DNA of 63,997 nucleotides, filler included, from Basidiobolus ranarum (lineage: Eukaryota), in NCBI GenBank assembly GCA_040143965.1. It is 4 parts of 4 records of this genome, joined end to end, with 100 filler letters (N's around TTAATTAATTAA, not from the genome) between each part and the next. Parts side by side here need not be neighbours in the genome. Positions count along the whole stretch, not along the records: positions 1 to 16,479 come from JASJQH010007216.1; 3 more parts are not named here. The stretch is one strand, 5' to 3'. The notes beneath the pieces are model-generated. The model did no database searches and was not told the DNA's origin. It saw only the letters and a list, made by a program, of their open reading frames with translations. Below are positions 1-11,651 of the stretch, in pieces; positions within the stretch are counted from its first letter, which is position 1, and each line of letters begins with the position of its first letter. The position numbers and the translations under genes were made by a program.

Positions 1-307
1 CATAACTCAACAACATCAATATGCTTTACCAGCAAACTAACGGTGGAAAAATTGCTAAACATCTGAAATTTTGAATAGCACTGACACTTGGCAAATAGCT
101 GACTCTTGTTACCGTTCACAATGAGAATAAGCTCTTGGATTTTGGCAAATTTCCGTAAAGAATTTGGCCAATATATCCCCGACTTGCAGTCAACAAATGT
201 CCTGCCACAAGTAGATGTGTCATTGCTTGAATAGATTACCCCATGGCTAAAACGATAATACTGTGTATCTCCATCTATCTCACCAAGAAGTCTGTCTTGC
301 AGCTTTC

Positions 308-2804
308 CTAAAAATACATGTGGCTCCCAGTGTTTGAACAGAATTCAATCATGTATGACTCTTCACTCGACAAAAGAGGAATGTGCAAAAGTTGGCCCAG
401 TGTTTGTTTCGAGGCTTGCTCAGAAAAGCAAAATTCGAATACCAAGAACAAAAGATCTCTTTGAAGATCCGGCTCCTCCACCGAGCGCTGGAAAGAAAAT
501 GCTTGAGCAAGATCGCATCTGAGCAGAATGTTCATCTGAAGTTGAACGTCCTCATCTTCCTCTAGTTGCGGGTGGGTCATTTGGATAAACTCCAGAGCCT
601 CGCTACAATATCCGTTCTCATAGAAAGATTTAACAATCTTGTTGGCCCAGTCAGCTTCTACTGAGGGGTCGCCAAGGTAAATCAAAGCATTCTTGTGATC
701 ATCATGGTCAAGGCACCAGTATCCATTCAATAAACTCTGGAAATGTGATGGAATAAGATAGTGACTAGCATAACGCTCGGAAAGTGTAGGATCTTGATAA
801 TCCTTAAGGAAATAGTACAAAATGCAGTGTTTCTTCAAAACATCCAAGTCACAATCCAGTACGGCGGAAACTAGTTCCTTCAGTTGGGTGGCATTTTGGG
901 GTGGATATAAAGAGCCGATAGGGAGACCGGCAAACTCTAACAGCTGATCAACAAACAAAACATCGTCCTCTCTACTACGAATGCTATGGATTTGAGATAT
1001 GACCTTGGGGGTGTATGGGAAACTATCAGGGTGGAGGTCAAACCAGCGATCAAACTCTGGATAGTCAACGACATCTGATATCAAAATATTTTCACCTTTG
1101 ATATCAGAAAGGCCCACATAAACCCCAATCTTATTCAGAAAGAGCATGGAGCATTCCAGTGAGCCCTTTTGCGGGAAAATGTCCTAAAAACACCACAACT
1201 AAGTAAGATTGCAAATGAAAAGAAGCGAAGCTCTGGTCTTACCAATAACAGCTCAGCGTAGCTAGAACCAATCTCCTCTCTCAACACCTCCTCAATCCTG
1301 CTTCCATGAACTCGGGAAACCACCAGCTCAGATCTGATCTGCTTGTTGCTCATGCGGTTGAGGAATGATGAGATAAGATAGTAACAATCATTTTCTGTGG
1401 TTGGGAGAGTAAGTACACGAAATGGATCAACGAGGCTTATATGTATGACTAACCTTCTACACATGTGACGGCTTGGGGAATACCACCTGAAAATTGGTCT
1501 AAAGCATTAACGTTACTTTTGACTTTGCCGAGTTGTCTGTATTCGGAAGTGGCCAGTCTAATTTGATAAATATCTACGACCGGCTTGGAGGGGCTATCGA
1601 GGAAATATGAGACACAGTTCAGTCGTTATATAATTTGTTCCATCATACCTCTTGGTAGTCTTTCCTAAAGTACCATAGCCGGCAAAGAGAAATATGGTCG
1701 GACCATGTTTGAATTGTCCGCTTTCAATTGGTTTGATAACCAAGCTAGTCACAGCTCCTTTAAAAATATAAGTGTTAACGCGTACCATTGATATAAGAAA
1801 GATAGGACCAACATTTACCTGGATGATCCTGACCAGAAATCTTGATGATAGGCTTGATTTCACTCTTCCGCTCACCAGTGTATCGGAATGCTTCAATCTT
1901 TCCCGTACCACTACCAACAATGATAACAGGGCAGTAATTTTCGGCGTCTTCATACTGACTAGGTGTATAGATAGCCAAAGCAGTGATCTAATAGGAATGA
2001 TATGAGAACATAATTCGATAGCTATTTTCTATAGATTTGAAGACTTTACCATCCCTATCTTAGGAATTGAGCATTCACGGTATGTTGTCTAAAAGGAAAC
2101 AGGTGAGCTAAACGTCGAAGATCAATTTGACAACATCAATTCACCTCAAATTCGATATATTGGCCACCATTAGGATAAGAGAAGAACTGATAGAGTAGAA
2201 CTTTAGAATCGGTTAGGCCAATGACCAAAAGATTACATATGCAAGTCCCGTATACAGAGGACTGAGGAGAAAGGTTAGTCGAGCTAAAGAAGTAAGCCTT
2301 AAAAAGGGTATGTATACCTCATACGCAAAGTCTTTTGAGATAGCAATGGCCGAGATGTTTCCAGAAAATGAGAATGGAAGTGTGGTAACTTCTAAAGTCA
2401 GAGGATTAAAAAGATGCATCTTACAAGAAGCAGATAATGTGTCTTTAGTTCCCACAATCAAATACTGCTCCTCATTTATTAGAGCATCAGTTACGCAAGC
2501 GATATCAAGCTAGTGGTAGAAGGAAAATAATAAGCAGTTAGAGGGTGAACTTTTATAAATCGCTGGGTAGTACGCGCTTTCTCACCTCTTCTAACTCATC
2601 CTCTGCCAACCTTTTAACGTCTAAAGAAGCAAATACTTCATCGTGACACGAATCTACATCCCTAACCTCAAGGAAACTGGTGTCATATCTATAAAACCAC
2701 TGAGCATCTGAAGCTTTCGAGAATCCACCTCCGCAATACGATTCAGTGTAGTCGAACTTATGTGGATATGGAGTGATTTCTATAACATCTTGGAAAGAAA
2801 CCAT
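308..2804 (-). CDS. ELYS-domain nuclear pore assembly protein (multi-exon; 3' end uncertain)
   Basis: ATG at 2804 followed by several short GT-AG introns. The last large exon reads LYPPQNATQLKELVSAVLDCDLDVLKKHCILYYFLKDY...GYWCLDH...ALIYLGDP...LLHIPLLSSEE, matching the fungal ELYS helical domain. Confidence 0.75.
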
Positions 2805-3384
2805 GGTGATTCAAATGGGCAGATTCACCTAGTGTTGAGTGGGTTGTTTACAGTCGTGAAATAGAACGCTTCCAAATTGATTCACTATGTTGCTCAACTC
2901 AGTAGCGCGTTTGCACCTTTTTTTTTTTGTTTGTGAAATGATCAGTTGGAACTACAAGCTCAGATCCCAGCGAATATCATTAGAGATTTTGCAGAAAATA
3001 CTGAGAACTGGAAATGGTCGATTAATAATAACAAATTTGAACTATCCACAATTCCTACTCTAACAAGTTTAATATAACCAGACTTTCATTATCTCTGATT
3101 GTCTATGACATCATGAGCTCTCTCTGGTTACCACTGCGGACTCCGCAATTTTGGTGCATTTAATATATAGATACGAGTGTGCTCCAAGGCAACTTCGAAA
3201 GATGAACTCGCTTAGAATTTTAAAGAGTCTACCAGAGCAGCAATTATTTACAAGAGGTATTTATAATATATATATACATATATGCAATATAGCATCATGT
3301 TAACTCATTCTCATAGTAGGTTTCCGTACAACGAATTTACAGAATCATGTTTTAAAACGCTTTCTCTCAAGCAACCATCAACCA

Positions 3385-3756
3385 ATGTCATTTCTAAATC
3401 GCCTTACACCCAGAAATAGTCCCTTACTCTTCCATGACTCCATTCGCGTCTTACCTCAGCTATCCGCTCAGGTATCACGCAACACGAGATTGCACCATGA
3501 TTTCAACAGCCCTTACCGTCGAAACTCACTTCTCAGCAACCCTCGGATCAAAACTGGGGTGGCCGTTTCAGTTGGTGTCGCTTCTCTCTTCTTAATTCCA
3601 CCAATCTTCACTCTGATCCTAAATGGAGCGGTGGGTTACGGAGTGTACCGCATATTCCGGAGATTCCTTGAAATACGTTTTCCCAGTAAAAATGTAAATA
3701 CACCTTTCAATGGTCACAGTCCCAGAAGGGTTAAAATCCATCACATTGACAAATAA
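3385..3756 (+). CDS. Hypothetical small membrane protein, possibly mitochondrial
   Basis: 123-aa ORF with an Arg/Ser/Leu-rich N-terminus and a hydrophobic stretch (GVAVSVGVASLFLIPPIFTLILNGAVGYGVY). AATAAA overlaps and follows the stop. Confidence 0.5.
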   Translation: MSFLNRLTPRNSPLLFHDSIRVLPQLSAQVSRNTRLHHDFNSPYRRNSLLSNPRIKTGVAVSVGVASLFLIPPIFTLILNGAVGYGVYRIFRRFLEIRFPSKNVNTPFNGHSPRRVKIHHIDK

Positions 3757-3848
3757 ATAAATCAATGCATCAATAAAGCGATAAGTCTGTATAATCTTAA
3801 TTGATTGCTAGTGTGCGTTTATTTGATGAATCCAATAAAGAAAAGCAA

Positions 3849-4385
3849 TTAAGCGACCAAGGCAGAGGCGGTGGAAGATTCATACTTCCAGTTAGGGGCC
3901 AATTGACCGGCGGTTTTGTAGTAACGGGCCAATCTGTGGATTCTGGATTCGATAAGAATCAAACGGTACTTGGAGTCACAGTCCTTTCTGTTACGTTCCA
4001 AATGCTTACGGACGGCAACAGCCTTCTTGATAAGGTGGTAAAGATCCTCAGGAATCTCAGGGGCTAAACCGTTACCTTTCAAGATACGGAGAACCTTGTT
4101 ACCAGTAACGCTTCTAACTTGAGGGATACCGTGGGAATCTCTGAGAAGAACACCAATTTGGGAAGGGGTCAAACCCTTCTTGGCGAGTTTGCAAATGTGC
4201 TCGCAGACTTCCTCAGGAGTAGACTTGACCCAAGAAGGAGGAGTACGACGATAGGGGAGGGCAGAAGAGGCAATACCCTTACTACATAATACAACAAAAT
4301 TAACAAACGCTCTACTAACAATAATCCTATGGATGTATTCGAATTATGAATGGATTACATACCCTGGAGTGTGCATGCGACCCAT
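3849..4385 (-). CDS. RPS13: 40S ribosomal protein S13 (uS15)
   Basis: Exon 1 at 4385-4363 (MGRMHTPG), intron 4362-4282 (GTATGT...TAG), exon 2 [17 protein letters not shown]...[14 protein letters not shown]...[13 protein letters not shown]. Confidence 0.97.
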
Positions 4386-4847
4386 TTTGGATAATTAGCT
4401 CAACGGGGAGAAGAAAATCCGTGCAGAGGAGCAGAAAGGATGGGCCATTATGTGTCAGTCTAGGTTTTAATTCTTTCCTACTCTCTCCCCATGTCAACTG
4501 ATGCGAAAGATTTTTTTCGGTATATTTTCATCACCGACAAGGGATCATCGGGATCCAATGTGTGAATTCCATTTTATTCCTTATTCATATTCACTTATAT
4601 TCACTTTTACATTCACTTACATATATAAATCACTATTTGTTTTCTCTAACCTAGACAAATATTTAGTGGGGTTTTGAGTGGGTTGTGTGGGTATCTAGTG
4701 GAATCCAGACTTCTGCCGAGTTCATTAGCCTGTCACGTGTACGAATACGGTCACAAAGAATTGCATGATCTATCAAAAGTACAATCACCGGCTTGAGGAG
4801 GTTCAACGTAACCAAGCCTCTTTAAAAGTATTTGTTTCTCATACATC

Positions 4848-6571
4848 ATGTTATTGCTCAGAAATCTCTCCAAAGTACAACGCTTCAACATTCAACGCTT
4901 CCCCCAAGCCTTCATTGGAGCTAGATGCTTTTCAACCCCAACAACCCCCGACCAGTCCACTGAGATAAAGGAAAGGCTAAGAAGAAGCATTTTTTATGGT
5001 ATTGTATGTTGACCAATGAACTTTAAGGTACATCTTCATTAAAATAGTACCCTCCTTTTAGTTCCTGGAAGTGACGAACGAAAGCTTAAAAAATCTCTTG
5101 GCCTTGCAGCTGACTGCCTCGTATATGATTTAGAAGATAGCGTATCACTCAATAGAAAAGGAACTGCGCGCGAGTTAGTATTGGATACCCTGGAGGTAAG
5201 GAAGTTCAGTTCTTATTTCGGAATATTTTTCGTTTTGTTAAATGTGTATGGGTAGGCTTCGGAGCACAAAAAAGCCGAGAAAGCTGTTCGAATTAATGCT
5301 GTTGGCTCAGGTAGAGTTCATGTTTGTTCATATTGGAACCTCTGAGTAGCCTCAATATTAATGCCTATGTTTAGGACTGGAACTGGATGATCTTAATGTG
5401 GTTGTACGTAGAGTGTTTTAAAGTGTTGAATATTTATTTTTCAAAGATGTTGACCGAATTCATTCATCACAGCTTCGTTCGAAAAGGCTTGAGGCTATCG
5501 TTATTCCCAAGGTTCAATCAGCCAAAGATGTTCAATTTGTAAGTCAGATGATCGACACCGTAGCTCCAGAAATCACGTAAGACTGTTTTGTTTGCTGAGT
5601 TTAAATCCTACCCCGTTTTGATCCAGCCAAACCCATACACTACAGACGTAAAGACATCCGTATTTTGGCCTCGATTGAGAGTGCTCTTGGAATCATGAAC
5701 TTGAAAGAGATAGCTACATGCGATCCTAGAGTTGACGCCTTGGTCGTACGTATTGTCTTCCTTATTTCTGCTCTATTGTTGATTGCTTTATAAACTGTCT
5801 TTACTATTATATATAGTTTGCAGCAGAAGATTTCTGTGCAGACTTGGAAATGATTCGCACCCCTTCAAGGAAGGAAATGCTTTATGCTAGATCAGCAGTC
5901 GTGACTGCAGCAAAGGCATACAATTTACAAGCAATTGATTTGGTATATGCTTTATTAGGAGAGAGTACTGATTCTAGGAGAAGTTTTAATCTCTTCAATT
6001 TGCAGGTCTGCGTTGATTATGAAAATGTGAAGATCCTTCAAGAAGAATGCGATGAGGGTCGAGAGATGGGTTTCACTGGAAAAGTTAGTTACTTACTTAT
6101 TTCGTTCTTTCATGGTCTTAGACTTATGTATTCTTAAAGCAAGCAGTTCATCCCAAGCAAGTCGAAGTCATCCAAAGAGTCTTCCTTCCTTCTCCTAAAG
6201 GTAACACCATATACCTCGTTGTTTTGTAAAGATTTCTGTAGCTAATTTTTCCAACTATAGATATTGAAAGAGCCTTGAAGATTATGAAAGGTACATAGTC
6301 TATATTTTACTTAGCTTCTTGCTGATCGTGCATAAACATTCTCAATACTACACAGGATACATTGAATTCAAGGAAAAGGGGGTTGGAGCCTTCTCGCTTG
6401 ACGGGAAAATGTAATCTTATTTCTACTATCTTTGGGTTTAGCTCGTTCAATAGCTAATCTAACCAATTTGACAGGATTGACATGCCGGTTGTTAGATGGG
6501 CTCAACGTCTCTTGATTAAAGCTCAAAAAGGTGGAGTTCTTCCAGAAGGGGAGAAAGTGCATGATCTATGA
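4848..6571 (+). CDS. Citrate lyase beta subunit-like protein (CitE/CLYBL family), ~11 introns
   Basis: Spliced product has a presequence-like N-terminus (MLLLRNLSKVQRF...) and RRSIFYVPGSDERKL...YDLEDSV...VRINAV...IVIPKV...ASIESALG...FAAEDF...GFTGKQAVHPKQ...IDMPVV. Confidence 0.9.
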
Positions 6572-6672
6572 GACTCTTCAAAAGATTATACAGTATTCAT
6601 CATGGGATATTTATCACTCTTAGTCGCTCCTCGTAAAACGTCGTTCATTTGATCCCATAAGCATTTTGACTA

Positions 6673-6737
6673 TTAAACAATAAGCATTACCTAAGCCTAA
6701 CTCTATCTTAAACAATAAGCATTATCTAATCCGAACT
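6673..6737. repeat. Imperfect 35-bp tandem duplication
   Basis: ttaaacaataagcattacctaagcctaact at 6673 and ttaaacaataagcattatctaatccgaact at 6708. Confidence 0.8.
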
Positions 6738-6914
6738 ATTTTTATATCACCTTAGCCTTGTTTGTTGCAAGGGGGTGGGTATCGGTGCCGCATTACTGTA
6801 CAACAAATACTTTATTAAGAGAAATCACGTAGAGAGCAAAATAATTACTTCTAAATTTGATACATAAAGAAATGAAACCTAGTGATTCAATCACAGTAAA
6901 GAATACTACCAAAT

Positions 6915-8338
6915 CTAGTGGTAAAGTCGAACAACCATAACACTAAGATTGTCAGTGCTGAAGTTGCTCAGCGCATAACTAAGCAGTTTTTCACTCGCTT
7001 CTTGAGGATCCTCAATATCTGCGATCAAATCAACAGCCTCTTGATCGGAGCAGACATCCCATAGCTAAGAAACGATTCATTAGTGCCTACAACATGAAAT
7101 TGAGTGGCAGAGTATGTAATCTTACCCCATCGCAGGCTAAAATGAAAAAGGGATCTTGACTGCTGAGAGTGGTTTCTGTAGTGTATGGACTACCGACAAC
7201 AAACTCCTTCATGGTCCCATCTCCTAGAGATCGGGTAACAGAAAGAACTCCTGTAGTATGGCAGTATTAAGATATCTCTCTCATAACATGCAATAATATC
7301 AGAATATAACGGTACCATTGACACGGTTATTTATAACAAATCCACCAGCGCTTACGATACGTTTAACCTCTTGAGGGTCCGACCCTTTGTGATCGTAAGA
7401 AAGGCGAATTGCCTTGCCATTACGACTAGTTTTGCCGTGCTTAGAAATAGTTGATATTAAGTTCACAAAATATAAAAACAGCCCTACCATAGCACAGCTC
7501 TAGCATCTCCAACGTTTGCGGCGCATAGAGTACGCTTTTAACGAAACAAGGTCAATACCAATTGCAATGAGCTCATTCTCGGCCTTCAATAAACAAACAT
7601 ATGATGGCACTTACAATTGGAGTTTGATTTTTGTCATCCATATCGGATGGTTGTTGATCAACACGTAAAAAGGTGGTAATTGCAGTACAGCCAGAATGGT
7701 TTTCATTGATTTCGAGCTGTTTATCGGTCTCCAAAAATGTCTTATGAAATATCTCAGGAATAGAGGCGGATGGATTAGATTTCATGGTATCTAGTAAAAC
7801 CTAAAATATGGTGAATAATTATTTTAGGCGCAAGTTGTACGTGACGGAAGTGGCGTATTACTAGACCATTCTGCGTGCAGGTTTGCATTACAAAAAGTTT
7901 AAAAATTATTGGAACTAACCTCGTGAAGATGTTCGCCACACCATTCAGCTGCTTTTTTACCAGCATGGCCGTCAAAAATGGCAAAGTATCCTTGTCCCGT
8001 TACATCGCCAAAATCAGAAACATAAGCATGAGCGTCCTACGGAGATATTTCTTTAGTAACTCAAAAAAGAGTGACTATCAATAATTCACCATTACCTCCA
8101 TAGTTCTACGAAAACGCCTATTACGATCGTGGGAAACGCCTACTTTAAAGGTGCCAGATATCGGAGGAGTACATGGATCGGTTGGCTGAGTTGAGGTAAT
8201 GTCGTTAGAAACTGGAGCGTCAGTTTTAAGGAGGTTTTCCTCCGAGTCAAGGTCGATGTGCAAACGCGAAGGTTTGGGGCTAGGAGTTCTAGGTCGAACT
8301 TGATTAGCACCCAGTGACACGGAATTTGTATCTTCCAT
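6915..8338 (-). CDS. Protein phosphatase 2C (Ptc1-like), multi-exon
   Basis: Motifs [62 protein letters not shown] and [10 protein letters not shown] lie across GT-AG introns. Confidence 0.92.
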
Positions 8339-8933
8339 ATTAGATATTTAACTGTTTGGTGTGAATTTGAAGAATTGAAAGAATATATCGACCAGGATTC
8401 TGCAAACAAGTCGGTTATAAATTCATAAATCCGCTACTATGTATATTTGCACAAATATGATATGTGAAAAATATCAAGTCGACTAGCAAGGTTACGAAAG
8501 CAGTGACGTTTTTATAATCAAAGGTGAAAAATTGAAGGGAAAGTGTTATCTAACAAAGTGTTGACCAATGTTCAGTATTCATTGACTGAATCTTGGCACA
8601 CAAGTCACCTGATATATGAGTTATTCAATACAACATATATCCTCAGATGTAATTTCATTGCCACACGCGAAATATGTCATATGGGAGAGTGGAGAGTACC
8701 TATATTTAATCAAGAAGAGTTAGGCAACCGGGACTAAGTTGGCTAGTTTAAAGGATGATTTGGTTCTTGGATGACTAAAAGCATTAAGGATTCATGGACT
8801 TCAATCTCATGAGCCTGAAACCATGTGAAAAAGGATGACAAATCTTATGCATTTATTGACTAGTGACTGCCTTACTATAAAATATCCTCATCGCTCGATA
8901 GGGGAAATCATAAATCCCATTCCAACTTTTAAC

Positions 8934-10387
8934 ATGTCTCTTCGCGGAAAAACGTTGTTCATTACTGGTGCTTCCAGGTGCTTTGCCCACATAATACCCA
9001 TCATTCTTCTGCCAAAACTAATGATTTTTTCAACATATCAGAGGCATTGGTCGTTCCATTGCATTGAAAGCAGCGAAAGATGGGGCAAATATCGCAGTTA
9101 TTGCTAAAACCATAGACCCACACCCTAAGGTAGAGCAATATACTTGATAGCAAAATAGCATAATAATATACTAAGACTTCATTGAAGCTTCCTGGCACTA
9201 TTTTCACAGTATCCAAAGAAATAGAACAAGCTGGTGGCGCAGCTCTCCCTATTCAATGCGATATTCAGGAGGAATCTCAAGTTAAAAAAGCCTTTGAAGA
9301 TACAATTCGACGATTTGGTTCCATTGACATCGTTGTTAACAATGGTCAGCTATATACATGAGCACATTGAATATAAGCATCAACTTGTCTAATCCTATAT
9401 CATCCTGCAGCCTCTGCTATTAGCTTGACTGATACTGAGAACACTACTGTTAAAAGGTACGATCTCATGAATAGAATCAACTCACGTGGCACTTGGCTGG
9501 TTTCAAAGGTATAGTGTTTCTTGAGCTTGTATGAAAATTGTAACTCGTAGTAAGTAGCCTTTTTTTATAGTATGCCATTCCGCATCTGAAGAAGAGTTCA
9601 AACCCTCATATTTTGAACATATCGCCACCACTTTCACTCAACCCACGTTGGTTTGCCCCCCATGTAGCGTACACCATGGCAAAGTACGTACTTAAATGTT
9701 AACCATGAATGCCAGTGCATTAATTGAATAGTTTCTTTAATTTTATAGATTTGGAATGTCACTATGTGTGCTTGGTAAGTTCTAGATAGAAATATGGACT
9801 TTGCCAAATTTTCTCTTACAATGCGATTGCCACTTCTTGTTAGGAATGTCTGAGGAGCTACGCGAATATGGAATAGGTGTGAATGCACTGTGGCCTTTTA
9901 CTGCCATTAAGACAGCTGCTTTACAAGTAATAGGTAATGATTGATGCTGAAATAAGAACATAGAATTCGAACTCAACCATTTTTCCAGAGAGTTTCCAAG
10001 ATTCCCTTGACCAAACCAGGTAACTTGTGCCCTGTGTGTGCAGATTCGTTTAGAACATGAGTAACAAAGCTTTATTCTTAAGGAAACCCGAAATTATGGC
10101 CGATTCAGCCTACGTTATTCTGACCAAGAAGTCAACCGAATTCACGTTAGTCCACCTTTTTTTGAATTTCAAGAAATCCTAGTATACTTATTTCGAAATC
10201 AATTGATAGAGGAAACTTCTGCATTGATGAGTTAGTTTTACGTGATAATGGAGTAACTGACTTCGATCAGTACTCCGTCACCCCCGGAATTCCTCAAGAT
10301 CAACTGGTAGAAGATTTCTTCCTGGAAGAGAATCTTCGTGAGAAAGTCTTTTCCTCTCGTGAGCCCACAACAAAAAGCAAATTGTAG
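8934..10387 (+). CDS. HSDL2-like short-chain dehydrogenase/reductase with C-terminal PTS1 (SKL)
   Basis: MSLRGKTLFITGASRGIG...AKTIDPHPKLPGTIF...NNASAI...HILNISPPL...AYTMAKFGMS...VNALWP...RKPEIMADSA; ends EPTTKSKL*. Nine introns. Confidence 0.9.
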
Positions 10388-10994
10388 TCCAGATCAACGA
10401 TTATCCTTTGTAGCCCCTCGATTTCTGCAACTATACTGATTAAACGAATCTCACTACATAAAATGTAAAACCAAATCCATGAGCGTCAATAGATTTGCAG
10501 TGTCATTTATAGTGAATATTTCATCAATACGGGAAGTATTTTCTCAAAATAACTAGTCTTGATACTGATTCTTGCCCCAGCAACTCTCGTCTATACTTTG
10601 TATAAATCATGAGCAAATCTCCAAGTTCCCTAAAGAAGAGTGTGACAAAGTAGTCAGTGTTTCTAGAAAGTGAGTATTTGAGCTACTATATGACTTACGA
10701 ATGGTTCAAGAGCTTTCAGGCGGAAACTGTGCTGTAGCCTCTATGAACAAAGGTGTTATTGTTGATCGAAAACTCTCTAATCAAAGGCTAACTTTCCATC
10801 ATTTGAAGGCTGTGTTCCACGTGTGAGCAGTAACTCATTTTCTGTCTAATTTGTCTGGTAAATACTTGTCTATACAGGATTGGTAAGTTATAGTTGGGGA
10901 AAACAGGTTTTCTTAGCTATTGTAGCGTTTTGCGGTTTTAGCCAGATATGTATGTCTGTTCGCTAAGAAACATTCTCCAATAAGCATCATTCAT

Positions 10995-11001
10995 TGACTC
11001 A
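10995..11001 (+). promoter_or_regulatory. Candidate Gcn4/CpcA (AP-1-type) site upstream of tryptophan synthase
   Basis: TGACTCA about 650 bp upstream of the TRP5 ATG. TRP5 is a known general-amino-acid-control target in other fungi. Confidence 0.4.
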
Positions 11002-11182
11002 TCTTGTAGTCGTGCCATAGGTATAAATGTATGGTATAAATATACTTGGTAAGTACTGAAGCAAATCATTGCCATTTCCGATTGAATATCAGTTTCCTTA
11101 ACAATGATGATCGCTCTTTGGCTTGCCTTCTATAAGTAACCTTCCGTTCCTTTACTCATTCGAAAGCAAATATTCAACCAGT

Positions 11183-11245
11183 TTCCATCATATATATATT
11201 ACGAATACACCACATGCTGATAATGGTTGTATATATATGATGGAA
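11183..11245. repeat. 16-bp perfect inverted repeat with 31-bp spacer
   Basis: ttccatcatatatata (11183-11198) and tatatatatgatggaa (11230-11245). Confidence 0.8.
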
Positions 11246-11651
11246 GTATAATCATAAATCAAGAAACCGATGTCAAAGTTACGGAAACAACGATCGATAT
11301 GTCATTATGATTCATCTTGGATTATCACTTCGGTGCATAAGCCCACAAACATTCATTTGTGTCATACAGGCGATTAGTACAGACGATTAGTACAGACGAT
11401 TATTACTTAAACCATTCCATCAAGAATAGTCCTAATTGACTAACCCAAGTGTCCATCATTCCTGATGATACCTGATTACACATCTAACATTCAACTTAAC
11501 ATTCAATTAATACAGGTATCAATCCGTGATCTTTGGATTTTGTAAAACATATAAAGCATTGCTGTCTCATCCATTTTCAAATTATCACTGGAGGCATCGA
11601 GACTAATATATACAAATTACCATTCACTAACAACCATTCACTAACCTGGAT

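Noticed and set aside
3801..4067. Antisense and alternate-frame ORFs over RPS13, TRP5, GLT1, DOA4 and others
   Set aside because: Shadow ORFs of conserved genes with no independent support.
4282..4362. Intronic snoRNA in RPS13, as with vertebrate U14
   Set aside because: The 81-nt intron has no C/D boxes.
11104..11220. C/D snoRNA (ATGATGA...CTGA)
   Set aside because: No convincing rRNA-complementary guide or terminal stem.
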